A DNA stretch of 50,848 bases, counting the filler, from Catajapyx aquilonaris (Eukaryota): NCBI GenBank assembly GCA_000934665.2. It is 2 parts of 2 records of this genome, joined end to end, with 100 filler letters (N's around TTAATTAATTAA, not from the genome) between each part and the next. Parts side by side here need not be neighbours in the genome. Positions count along the whole stretch, not along the records: positions 25,480 to 50,848 come from KZ539338.1; 1 more part is not named here. The stretch is one strand, 5' to 3'. The notes under the pieces were generated by a model that was not told the origin of the DNA, did not search any database, and saw only the letters and a list, made by a program, of their open reading frames with translations. This document shows, in pieces, positions 25,847-38,891 of this stretch. A program made the translations under genes and the position numbers. Each line of letters begins with the position of its first letter. The first letter of the stretch is position 1.

Positions 25847-28800
25847 TCATTAATAAAATTACTAATCATTGATACGATGCTTGTTCTTTTTCTTTCACGG
25901 AGGCGTATTTTAAAAATAAACACACTGTATGATTAACTTTGCCATAACACGTGAAACTCGCATGGACCGTGCTGTTTGCCATTAGCACATATGAGTTATG
26001 CAATAAACACTTTAAATCCATCCCTATAACATCACATCAGGGATCATAAGAAACTGTATTTAAATCCACATTTCAATACAGGCGAAGAACTCTGTATAAT
26101 TATGTCAACATTTTGGTATGGGTACTGCATTTTAAGTAACAATACATATTACGGAGATTTTTGGTCCCGAATTGCTCTAGTATGCATCGCAGGCTTTTGT
26201 TTCCACACAATATAGGTTTATGTGGTATTTTCAAAATGCACGCCAATTAGCTGCACTCAACAATTTTAATGCATGCATCACATGGATTAACCGTTGGCGG
26301 GATATGCCATTGCACGGGTGTCCAAATAACGTAATTGTTTAATTACTCGTTGGATGAAAATCGGGCTTCAATAAAAAACCCACCAAACAGTGTAATATGA
26401 ATTGGTCCATTGCGCTGGGGCTCACAGTATGGATTACAGTACATCGAACTCAATCATTTATCGCACACATGCAGCGAGCAATTTATTGACCCAAAGCAGA
26501 TTAACCCGCGTGTGAATTGTTTGGGCATGGCTATTGTCACACCCGATCCGCAACTGCAGCGCTGAAAAGCGGTGAAATAAATAATAAATTAATGATGCAT
26601 CGTGGCAAATGCAGTGTAAAAGGCCGCATTTCATACCCAGTTGGACGGGATTGGGTAAGAAATGGCGCATCACTCCAATTAACGCCCGCGCCATGATTGA
26701 TTAATGTTGGATACTGCGGGTGCCAAATTCGCCAAATGTTCAGCCCTTTATCAACGTGAGCCACATGCTGAATAATTATTATTGGTCACTTACTCCCCAA
26801 AGGCACACCCGACGTATATATACTCAACACCCCCAAAAATTTCAGCGCTAAATTCATCAAAATAATATAACTACTGATGCAGTGCATTTATTTAATGCTG
26901 TAGTGATAGTGCGCTGAACTTTTGTGATTGTCGGCTCCCGGTTCCCTTTTGTGCCAATTTGCCTAAACTCCTGCACTCACAAGGTTGAAAAAAGAGTTGA
27001 ACATAAAAGGTAGTTTTATTATACAAGTGAATAAATCTGTTTGGTAGAGGGTTAAGCATTGAAAAATTGCCTTTAATTTATTAGCGAAATAACGGAAGCT
27101 CTGCACAGGGAATCCAAATTCTCCCGGGCCATAAACGGAAAATCCTTTGATGTGTTTCTTTCAATTCGGCCCTCTTTTGGAATTTTAAAAAAATCCATTG
27201 CAGCTCCCCCCAATATAGCCAACACACAGGTTAATGATTTTAAAATGAGTATAAGGCTGGACAATTTCATCTGGCAAATTCTGTATGCATTGCGCTGTAC
27301 ACCCACGAGCATAAAGTTGGAGACTCCATGCTCTTACATTTCAGCGCAGCTTCTCTCAAGGTCAGGGTTCATCCTGTTAGTTAGCCAACCCACACGCCTC
27401 TATTGTCTCACAGGCCAGCACATATAGCAGGGGTAAGCATCACTCTAATAACTCCAGGCATCAGATAAGCGTGAAAATGACCAGTGACCCCAATGAGACA
27501 GGTTGTTGACCATAAGTAGAGGTTGGCAGGCGTGGTTCCCTGTATAGAGAATGAGTCCGGGGATAGGTGGGGGGGGAGGGCTGTTGGGGGTGTATGTGGG
27601 GGGGATAGAAAGCCGGTGGTAGGGCCCATTGGGATCATTAGCCCCATTAGGCCTCCCCGAATGGCGCCGCGCGTGCTGTTCACTTGAATAATATGCGCGG
27701 TGAATAATGGGGCGGGCAGCCCGCAAACAAGTGCACACCGAGCCATTACTTTATTGTGCAGTCAGCCCAACTGTTTTCAGGCCGCTGAGTCTCTGGAGGA
27801 TGCCCCCCTTTTTAGTCCCAATGTTCCCGCGACTCCTATTATGTCCCCGACGCCGCTTGGGAGATACCTAGGCGCTTCTTCCCTATAGCTGATGGATGCT
27901 GGGAAATGCACTGCCGCACTCTTCTCTTTTTTTTTTCTGACTCTTTTTGGACCGGGGGACACTAAGTGCCATCCAGCTTGGATGCTCTTCATTAGGTGCC
28001 CGAGGGACACTTTTAAAATGGGAGCAAAAAAGACACATGGCTACAGTGTGTGTGTGTGTTTGAAGGAGTGGGCACTGTATAGGACTATAGGGTGTGTGGA
28101 AAGTTACTGGGGCGTTCTATGTTGATAGAGGGCTGCTGGGCACACTGTGGAACTGTAACTACTTACACTGGATGCAATTAGGGGATTTTCACTTAGAGTA
28201 ATTGCATGCTGATATTGTCAAAATTATTAGAGATTAGTGATGGGATTGGGGTATTACAATTCTCAGTTTATCAGTCTCTTGAGCATTGGGGTGGATGCCC
28301 ACAAGTGTCTTTATGAGTTCGAAGTTGAGAGATATTTGGGTGGGTAAGTGGTTTTGGGGATATCACAGATTCATAGTGATATTATTTCTCCCCAGACGGA
28401 GACTGAGCCGAACGACGTTGATACAGTTGATGGCACGCAGTTTTGTTGGCACACTGGATATTCTTGAATGTGATTGCATGGGAACCATTTGGCGTGAAAA
28501 CTGCATTTCTGATGCCTGCTTCTTGAAAAATCTATACAACGGTATATTGCAATGCACGAGTAGAACGATTTCAAACATTTTAAACAAACGCCGAGCCTCC
28601 TTTAAAATGGTCAAAATATCTGCTTGTAATTTGCATCCAAATTCCAGAGTATTCAAATTTCTAAAATAGTGGATGCCCATTTGGCACACTTGGACGATTT
28701 CCGCTCAAAACCATAGTCCTATCATTATGTAGCCTCGTAATGGTCTAACTTAGAGTTCGTTATGGCATATGATGGCTATAATGCCATGCACTTCACTGTG

Positions 28801-31549
28801 CGACCATGGAAAACGATCGCCGAGGGATAATATTCTAGTGGCTATGTTGAAGTGTGTGAGATTGAGCTTAACAGTGCAGATTTGGCCCTAAGATGAACTG
28901 ACTGTTTATGAAGGACTCAAATTGGAAGGCCGGTTATTGCCTCCCCCAAGTCTTCCGCGTGTCTCTCCAGTATTTTTATTTATTAAAAGCCAGATGGAGT
29001 CCGTATAGATGTCTGGGACGACAAGTAGGTTGGGATTTGGAGGCGAGTGCAAAAATCCGGGCTCCATCACGACTAATGGCCCACACCGCAGGTCTCTCGG
29101 AGTCCCACAGGACATTCTTTCCCCTCGGGCAATCCGTCCATCCTCTACAAATCCCATTACAGGACTCAGCTCTGCAAAGCTGGACGTCCCCTGTCTTTTT
29201 TCCTCCCTATCGTCTGTTTTTTTTTGACGCCTGCATATACTTTTTTTTGGTCTCTCACAGCAATATAGGGTAGGGGTGGGCACAATTTAGCTTCATAAAA
29301 ATTGTGCACGTAGCTCCCATTTTGTAGTGTGGCACATAGAGTGCATCGTCATGGGAGGAGAAAGGTAAGGGGGAAAAGTTGTCTGGTGGCAAAATGGTTT
29401 GGAGGGCTAGGCGGGGCAAGAGGCGCAGAGCATGAGAGCCAGAATGGGATGCGGGATTAAAACAATGGCGGGGCGCATTACCGCTTGCTTCCATTTGTGC
29501 GGCTCGGCGACGCCTCTAACGAAGCAAATGGGCCGTCCATTTGCCCATTTGCTAGATTCCCCCGTCCAAAATCTCCTCCAGGAAGCACTTTCTGCTGAAG
29601 GCGCCTCAGAGCCTGAAATGGGCAAAAAGGGGGGGGGGGGNGGGGGGGGGGGGGGAAAGGGAATTCGCCCCTCTAACCCTTTCCACACATTTTGGCCAAC
29701 TCGCGCTTTATTTCCGGTAGAATGCTAGCATCACAAACCTATAGTCAAATGCTGGGATCTTATTTCGAAGCTGGTAATTATTTTTTTCCACAAAAAGAGT
29801 GGAATGATGATGACTCGTCTTGACGTCAGCTTGATTAGTCAGGTCACCTAAAAGGTTGGACTATTAATATTACTTGCACTTACCAAAATGGGACGCACAG
29901 TAGCCTACAGTACATTGAATATATAATTGACGGAAATGCTGTATATAAAGTGTAAAATTCGTTTCGATATATTGACGTTTGTTAGAATAAAATCTGAGAG
30001 TCACCTTTATTTTCCTGCAATAACATAACTCTGAATAATAAATGAGCAGATGACAAATAGTGCAATCATGCCTGGTGTTAGTGTGTACCAAGGATTCATG
30101 GAAGCCACTTGTTTTCGTAAGAAAATTTGCATATTGATGATAAAGCTTAATCAGATCGGCCTATAAAACATCTGATTGCAAATATTTCATATCGGATGGT
30201 AGCCTACTACCAGCAGATGACCTAGTAAGTTACAGTAGTTTTTTAATGACCCTGAAACGTGTAACGTTGCATCATATATATATATTTCTATTTTAATTGC
30301 GTACACGTCACATTGTATTGTATAAATAGCATCAAGTGCCCCCATTATGTTAATATAGGTTCAAGGCAATCACTGCGACCATTAATCACTTGAATCCAAG
30401 CTTCAATCAACCCTGTATCACCCAGTTGTTCTTATTACTGTACACACCTACAAATATGTAGGTTATGTATATACAGAGAAACTGCGTGCCATCAACGTAC
30501 TGTATCCAATCTTACTGTATAATCTTTCCATTACTTATAACCTATATATAGGTGTACAGCAAAGTCTCAAAAGCGCACAGTGCTTAATTCATTCATTTAC
30601 ATCATACTATACGTACAGAAGAACATTATATCACAGTTTCAACTCACAGTCAGTGCACTGTCAATGAATTTACACTGGGAAAAGTTCCAGGAAAGTATCG
30701 TGCAAATCCGCCCATTCCCCAAATGAATTAGCGCTGTATTTGACTGCACATTGTTTTTTCTAAAAGGAATTTGGGAGGGGATGACTGCTACTGCTCCTTA
30801 CTCAGTTGTCTGCTCACCATAAAGAAGCCCTAAACGTACCTCATCATCTTTCAAGTACAGCAGACGGCTTCCATCCATTAGTGGATGACCGTATCAAAGG
30901 AAGCTCGTGTCGCTTAAAGCCTACAACACCTCTCAAAGCTTAGAGGGGGAGGAATGAAGTTGGTGGTGGCAAGGGACGGAGATGAGGGAGCAGGGGGAGG
31001 AGGGAAGGGATAGTCATCATGCACCATCCACACAAGATAATCCCAGGCATTTTCTTCCCAACATGAGCTCCCTCTGGCGATCCCCCTCCTCTTTCCCACC
31101 TCCTCCTATGCAGCATCCACGCCTCAAACCTCCACCTCTCTCTGCTTGAATAATGGATGGATTTTGGCGAGCTCTCGAGAGCACAAATCCCGGATTACCT
31201 ACCAAATTCCTGGATTGCGTTACTCAGGAGCTTTTACCTGGGATGGGCAACGGTTGGGTTCAACCTCGCTCTGCAGCCTCTTGTCCGACCAACCATAACA
31301 CACATAATATGCCAAGCTTCTTACAGCACTGCACGCAAAGAGAAAGAGAGTGGCTCCGAATAGGGGGAAAATCTGGAATACTGTAGACTTCACACGATAT
31401 TATACGGTGCCCGGTATATAAATGTTGATCCCGGCTTTGTAATTCACAGGAAATTTCATGCAGTGTCTGGAAAGGTAAGCTGTAGGTGTGCATAGGCTGA
31501 ATGGGCAACCGAGCATGAATATATGACGCCACAACATTCAACTCGCAGT

Positions 31550-31550
<1 letters not shown>

Positions 31551-31618
<68 letters not shown>
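31551..31618. repeat. (AAT)n microsatellite
   Basis: About 22 uninterrupted AAT units. Confidence 0.95.
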
Positions 31619-31660
31619 CTTTTACGAAGAAAATAATTGGCTACGCTTTCATATCGGGAG

Positions 31661-31798
31661 ACCCCGCACTGTGACCTCCTTTCCTGTATAGGCTTGTATC
31701 TGCTGAATGATAGGCGTGTATCCGCTGAAGAATAGAGGTGTATCCGCTGAAGGGTGTAGGTGTGTATCCACCCGGAAGAGATGTTAGGTCACGGGGTA
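31661..31798. repeat. Four ~22-bp tandem units inside a short inverted repeat
   Basis: Units resembling TAGGCGTGTATCCGCTGAAG start at 31689, 31711, 31733 and 31757. They are flanked by ACCCCG..GTGACCT and AGGTCACGGGGT. Confidence 0.65.
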
Positions 31799-32515
31799 TC
31801 TTGGTACAGCGTGCCCCTACCCCTGCCAGATTCGATTTCCGAACATAATAAATAATAAAAACTCAGGCTGAACAGACAACCACTGCGATTCCGAAGCAGG
31901 GCTGCATATTAGCCCAAAAAATGTTGCTAATTAATATTGTTTTGCACCCAAATATCCACTCGAGTAGGCAATGTTTGTTGTGTGTGGCATCCGTGAAATG
32001 CTAACTTGCGGTGGGTCAAAGTGTAGGCAGAAGGCGGTTAGCACGATCCCCCGATTTGATCTTGAGCGGATTGGAAAAGAGGTGGAAGTGTATGGTGCTG
32101 TGGTATAGTGTGGTGGGGAGCCATCATGGGGTTTGGGGGGTTCCTGTATATTCTGCGGGTTCCCTTTGGCTTCCCGCCCGATTCAATGAGAGGCCAGTTG
32201 GGCGTGAAAGAGCGGCGTGTCACACGCGGACAAAAGAAGGCAGACCTCTTCCCTTTTTCCACCGACCATCTTTTGGAAGCCCTCCCTCCCCTCCCTATAC
32301 CCAAACCCCTCTTTCTTCAGACTACCAAGCAAGGAGGGATTCTTCCTTCCTTTTTCCCTCCCCGCTCAAATGCTGCCGACACAGCTTGTCTCTCCTTTTC
32401 TTCGAAACTTGCACTTCCAATTACTTCTCTTCGGTATCAAGACAAAAGGCAACAGCACACTTTCACCCACTGTTGCCACCACCTCCTCCATACAGGTCCT
32501 TCTGAGGTACTAGTA

Positions 32516-32599
32516 GGCGAGTCATCAGACCATGTTGGGGTGTCAGCTGACCATGTTGGAGAGTCATCTGACAATGTTGGCGAGTCAACTTACATTGTT
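32516..32599. repeat. 21-bp minisatellite x4
   Basis: GGCGAGTCATCAGACCATGTT / GGGGTGTCAGCTGACCATGTT / GGAGAGTCATCTGACAATGTT / GGCGAGTCAACTTACATTGTT. Confidence 0.85.
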
Positions 32600-33339
32600 C
32601 TCAAGTGCGAGTATGGCCATTTGAAGCTTCACCATCAGTCGTGGTTGATGCTGCAGCTTCAGTGCTTAATGATCGAGCTAATCCACAAGCTTTACCGCCG
32701 AGTAGTTAATAAGTTAATGCTTGGAAAAAGTGCGAAATAAATTGAAGTTAGTGGCCCAAAAAAGGAAAAAAAAATGAAGATGAAAAGATGGCGTGGGTTG
32801 ATTCCCCGTCCATGGAAGGGTCATCTGAAGCTTATAGTCGGCAGAAGCAGCCTCTGCAGCAGGTTTTAATCTGGGCGAAGAGGGAAGTTAATCTCAAGTC
32901 GAGGTGGGGAGGTAAGCAATCAGTGGGGACGGGTTCGATCAAAACGCCACTCTGCTGTGATTGGGAGCTTGCAGAACTGGGATGGGTGGGTGGGTTAGGG
33001 TGGGAGCTTTTGAGTTGTGTCATCGGAAGCGGACAATGCTGGCGAGACGGATCCCGGTCCCGCGCCCATTCAGCCTCTTTTCCGACGAGATGAACAGGCT
33101 TGGAAAAAGGAATAGATTTTCTCCACAGGGGGGAACGGATGATAGGATGACGGGGGGTGTAGAGAGATAGAGAAAGAGCTTTTTGATTGCACCAGAAGCG
33201 AGGATGGAGATGTGCTTCTAACGTGAGTTAGCCGACAAGTTGAGGACTGTAGGTCAGAATGTTGTCTCATCATGACAAAATATATTTGTTTGTATCAGCG
33301 TGCGCTTGTACCGTGGGAGCGGCTAATACAAACAAAATA

Positions 33340-33448
33340 TAGGTTAGGTTAGGTTAGGTTAGGTTAGGTTAGGTTAGGTTAGTAAGACGTCTTACTAACC
33401 TAACCTATAACCTAACCTAATCTAACCTAACCTAACCTAACCTAACCC
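33340..33448. repeat. Head-to-head interstitial telomere-type repeat: (AGGTT)8 - palindromic core - (CCTAA)~10
   Basis: Eight AGGTT units at 33341-33380, core AGTAAGAC|GTCTTACT, then CCTAA units with two interruptions to 33448. Confidence 0.9.
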
Positions 33449-36400
33449 ATTTTCAGACAATGATAGTTCTGAAACTTCGACTCTACTATAGTAAATCGAA
33501 TATTATGTGCGAGGAGTGTAATTTTTGAGTCACCTTTAGGACCGGTCGTGCAACAGGCGTGTTTTGTATACCAGGGGACGACTAATCCACGGGAGTAAAT
33601 TAGGGAGTAGTGGTTTGGCCCCCTGCTGGACAATTTGTGCTTCTGGATGGTTGGAGCCTCTCTTGACCTCAGCTGGGGACAGGCAGGGAGCTGAGCGGAT
33701 TAGCAGTGCGCAAACAGTTTGCACAGCAGCCCTGGGATTAGCTCCAGGAGAAAAGCAATGGGGACACAGTGGTGGTATAGAGGGAGAGAGAGAGAAAAAA
33801 ATGTGTCCTCTTTCTACCCATCTTTGGTTCTGAAGATTGGGAAAGGAAATATGCAAGGTCTCGGTTTGAGGTCGGCGAAAAAGACAAGAGAATCCGGAGC
33901 TGATTAGAGGCGTGAAATGGGAGGCCCAATCAAGCCTCCTCATTTCTCTCCATTTTCCGGGGGCGCGGCCAATCCAGGAGCTGCATAATGAAGGCCCGGA
34001 TCTGATTTCTCTCTATCTCTCTCTCCCTTACCTGATGCCAGTCGGCAACCAGGTAGAGGGGGGAGGCTCATTACCCCCCACTATCCTGTCCCCCTCCACA
34101 CCCCTCATCCGGCCTTTTAATTAACTTGCTTAACGGCCTCAGGGAAAGGGAGGATATAGGTGGGGAGGGGGGGGACAGGTTGGTGGGTGGGGAGGAATAG
34201 GTTTGGGAGTCTAACATGACTCACATTGTTACATTTTTGTAGCATCTCGGGTAGCATGACACGTGAGATTTTTTCGACTTATTTGCCTGCCACCTGACAC
34301 CCAGGAAATGACGCGCGTGTTAGCTGGTGGATGGGGTAAAAAAAAAATGGGTGATTTGTTGGCTTTCAACTGGCTCCAATTATTGGAACCACATTGCTTG
34401 GTGCATTAGTGGAAACGCGGGGCACAGGTGTGAAAGGTATTGATTTGTCATGAAAGCGTTAAATGGAATTACCTGATCCACACCATTTTTGGAGGGGAAT
34501 AATGCAGTGTACCGCAGCTACACATATCTTACACATATATGCCATCCTTAAATTGTCGCATGTTTGAAGAACGTTACCACTGTCAATTTCATGATTAAAG
34601 GTACCGGTGTCGACATAATGCATGGGAGTAATGAAGTTTGGGGCCGTTGTGCCTTTAAAAAAAAAGCGATTCATCGAGGTGGGGTTGGGTGTAAGCAATC
34701 GGTGCGGAATGATGCACTTAGCCAGGCATCAGTGTTAGAGGGAGTCCATGTGGAAGAAGCAAGTCCCCTTATAATCTTTGGGGGAGAGAAAGCGATACCT
34801 GGTCCAAAAAGAGACCCCCCTAGGCGCCATACCTGCTGGCCCCGGCGGAAAAGATAGATAGAGGGTCCCGCCCATGGTCCTAATTGACCCCAACGCTGGT
34901 CTTTGTTTCTTACTCCCCATCCATCTGCCTCCGGGCAACAAAAGGGGGGAGGATCCGACCCACCGACCGACAGAACCGACCGTCCGTCCGTTCGTCCGTC
35001 ACTCCAACAGGCCATCCATCTCTCTGTCCGTCCATCCATCCATTTCGCCCATCGGACCTGCATAAATCAGGTACGCCACCCGACTAATTCGGCCTCTTTT
35101 TATGTCATACATCGTGGCTGCATGTGGTCCCTAGTCGGCATATACTGGGTGGCCCTCATAAAAATTATGGCATGTCTGGTACACCGTTTTTGACGTGGGT
35201 GTACGGTGGGTACAGCCATGTCGAAAAATGGTAAACTCGATAAGCAACCTGGGGCAAAGTTGCCATTAGGGATATATGCGATGGAAAATGAAGAGATGGG
35301 CGTTTTTCTCCCCCATTTTTTTCCTCCTCCCCAGTAATCAAGTCTGTGGTAATGAAACCGAGGGGATGATGGGGAAAAAAGGGGGGAGGCAGGATGGGGT
35401 GGGGGGTAGGTCTCATCTGTTGAATGACTTTTCAGAGAAAAGAGAGAGGGGCATGGATGAAGGGCGAGCAGATGGGTGGAGATGGCTTTATGATGTCATA
35501 ATGTTGCATTGGCCACTCTGGGAACACCGATGATTCTTTCACGCCGGTTCTAAATCCAATTAATACCAGGATGGCCACTTGGATCCCCCCCCCAAATTGC
35601 ATTTTCACCTTACTGCTGTTGGTCTTTGGCCTGAATGTTCGGGTTCTGGTCCAAAGTGTGCGGGATGGCCAAATTTGCTGGTCCATTAAGGAAGCACAGG
35701 GTTGGATGAAAAGGGGGATTCCCGAATCGTATCTCCGATCTCATCGGTCAGGAATAATGGGAAGCTGTCCTCTGAAAAGTGGCCCCTTCCTATCTCAATC
35801 ACCTTTTTCCATGAGGCCCGTTTATCGGTGCTGCAGCCACATGTGAGGTTCCAAGAAATCGTTATCCGCAGCCGGTACTATACAGTGCTTGATGGTCTGG
35901 TGGCGGTGGATATTTACAAGCACCAACGCCCCAGTCAGCTAGCAAGCAGGCTATTCAATATAATCAAGAGGGTCGGATTGGCGCATGTTCCGAAAAATTC
36001 CGGCTTAGATTCTCCTGGCTTAATTAATCACACTTAGTTGTCAATGATTACGCTTGATGGTCCGTGTCAGCTGGCACGCGCACTGAATCTTTCATGCCCG
36101 TTTTGCCTGCCACACCCTTGCTTATTCCACCTCATCCAGACAGTCAACTGGATTTTAATTGCGCTCACATGACCCCCTCCCTGCCACCCTCTCATCACTG
36201 AATTATTTAACGACATATCCGCCAACCAAACTTCGGGGCTGGATGCACGATGATCAGCACCTAAATGCATTTTCGGATATGTGTTAACTGCACTTTATTG
36301 TGGTTGCACATATGTAACGCTTGGCGTTAGCTAGGCATATAGTACTGTATAGTACATCATTTATGTTTTTATAAAGTGAACATGTGGGCATGTGGTGAGA

Positions 36401-38751
36401 AATATTTTTTACATACTATGTCTGTTTTGGTAATACATTGTAATTTTTATTCAGTTAATTTCCATACAATGCAATTACACAATTGAATAAGGACCAAAGT
36501 CAGCAGGGTATGATTATTATAAAAATAGTGGCTGTATGTAGAATTATTTTGAATAAAAACTAAATTAGTTTCTGACACTTCACACTCATTAGGCCTAATG
36601 AAGGAATCATTTTAACAAGTGGTTGAATTTATGCCGAGTTTTTTTAAAACGTTTTAAACCCAACTTACCTTCCATCTGCTCTATATTAGGTTATTCATTT
36701 GTATAAGTCGACGTTACATGCAGTAATCAGTTGATTGCCCAGCTCTTGACGGCCCAAAATATGACCTTAGTTTAGAACCACAAGTTAAAAATGAAATCTC
36801 ATATATAGCCTGATGGCGTGCACATTCCGGAGCGACCTCCAGCAGCGTTTCCTATGTATACGCATATGAGTTGTGGAAAAAAAAAGTCGGATGACATTTC
36901 CTGCTCCATTTTGCTACAACTGTCAAAATGTTCGCAGCTTTTGAATTCCCCACCGAGAAAGGATGGAAAAATCCGGCACGTGAGAGAAATGGTTGAACAA
37001 GCAAATGGCGTCCCAGAACACCCAGGCACAGCTCCCGGCATGCATTGGAAACGAGCCTGGCCTCCCGCGCCATGAATCCAAAACCAGTGTCCGAAGCAGC
37101 CAATCAAAAAAGCTCTTCCCTATATCTACTTGGGTCGTGGGAGGGGAGAGAAAGGGAGAGAAAAAGAGAGAGAAAAAAATATAGAATCCCGAGACGTTCA
37201 TCTCTAGGGTTTTGCAGAAATGCATGAAGGGAAACTGCTGTCACCCACAATCATACCAGCTGATGGCTTCTCTATAGTTCGTGCCGAAATGCCAAATAGT
37301 ATATGGTGAACGCACCTGTTGGATACTGTATGTATACACAATATAGTCAATAACTATGAAGAATGAAGAGTCAGGGACGAACTGGGCAAATCTTTATGGA
37401 ACCGATAGTGCTGCATGTCGTATTGTCATAAGGTCACCATGTCAGGGGCAGAAAATTAATATTTATTTGTTATTGAAATATTTTAAAATTAAGTACAGTA
37501 TTTGAATGAATTTTTCTGTAATTTTGGTCATTCGTCCACTTTAATTCGTTAGGTAACAGTGTCGCAAATACTGTTGGCTGAAATCACATTTTTATGAGCA
37601 TATCAGTTTAATATTTAGTGCGTGGCTTGCTAGAATTCATCCACTGTGTTTTTCGTTTTTTAAAAACCAACATGGCATGTAGTGCCGAACAGGGCTGGAA
37701 GTTAAATGAGGCTCTTTTAAAAATCATGGTCTCGTGACTATATGACAAGTTGTGACGTATGGTTCGTAAAGGGGCGCCATTTCATGCTGACCGGATGACA
37801 AACGCCGTCACGTACGCATAATTACAGTGGCAGATCCTCCTCGTCCATGCATTTTGGCCTCTACCATGTGGTAGTTAGGAGCCTAATCACAGGCGACTAA
37901 ACATGGCGTGGAAAGAAGAAAGGAAAGGCCTTAGAGCCTCCCCAAAAAATCCCTTGCGAGACTATGAACCGCGCCCTTTGTTTCCCCGCCCTGAAATTAA
38001 TTAATAAAACAACGCCGCTAATTTGTTGGATTGCTTTACTTGGTAAGTTCTTGAGGGTCGTCTGTTGGCTGGTAGAGGGGCGGGGGCGGTTGAGTCTGAT
38101 GAGGTCCAAAACAGACAGGTTTCGTGCTGGCGACTCGGGGCGACTTCATTTTAGGCTAATTGCAGCTGTATCGGGCGCAATGGCCGACATCCGTCTCAAG
38201 CGGGTGCTGCTTGTAAAAGTCAACTGCCACCCTAAATCTGGGCTTTAATATGACAGCATTTGCGTGACCTTAGGACGCAAACGCCCCGTTCACTTTTCTC
38301 GACTGGGGATCACATCGGGTGGGGTTTTAAGTCTCAAGTTGGGGGAAGACCAATTTAGGTACAAGGTACTATATATGCTGACACATACTAGCGAGTGGGT
38401 CGCAACTTACGTGTAACTGGTGTACATGTCAGGAAATAAGTGCATGTAACCAGCTCGTAATTGTCAGTAACCCATCTGTAACCAGTATACGAGAAGTTAC
38501 TCTGATGCTGTATTTTTTGGGCTATGTTGTGGTCCATTACATGCTTGACATTACTCAGGATTTGCAACCGGCATGCGAACAACATTACACGTTACCAGTT
38601 TGTCAGTCTCAACAATATTTAGTAAGACTGTGCATTTGCAATGGACTTAGTTGTTAATTTCAATTTAATGCAACTCTTAATTTTGCTATGAAACAGTAAA
38701 ATGGGGCAGATGTATTGAAACAGAAAATGTCATGCTTATATACATACAGTA

Positions 38752-38891
38752 CTATCGGGTTCAATTAGTTCCGGCCACTTTATCCTGGTCTTGAAGCAAC
38801 CCTTCGCACAGGCCCCACGGTGAGGAGGTGTGTGTGTGAAGGGTTGCTTCATGACCAGGATAAAGTGGCCGGAACTAATTGAACTCGATAG
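38752..38891. mobile_element. Tc1/mariner-type MITE, copy 1
   Basis: ~57-bp TIRs (CTATCGGGTTCAATTAGTTCCGGCCACTTTATCCTGGTCTTGAAGCAACCCTTC) with TA on both sides. A second copy lies at 42006-42156. Confidence 0.8.

Noticed and set aside
31689..31780. Short direct repeats as a CRISPR array
   Set aside because: Eukaryotic context, tandem units without unique spacers, and no cas genes.
32108..32740. 210-aa plus-strand ORF
   Set aside because: It has a non-ATG start, runs through pyrimidine-rich low-complexity sequence and a minisatellite, and shows no recognisable domain.
38096..38130. CTGATGA as a hammerhead ribozyme core
   Set aside because: No stem II followed by GAAA and no closing stems.
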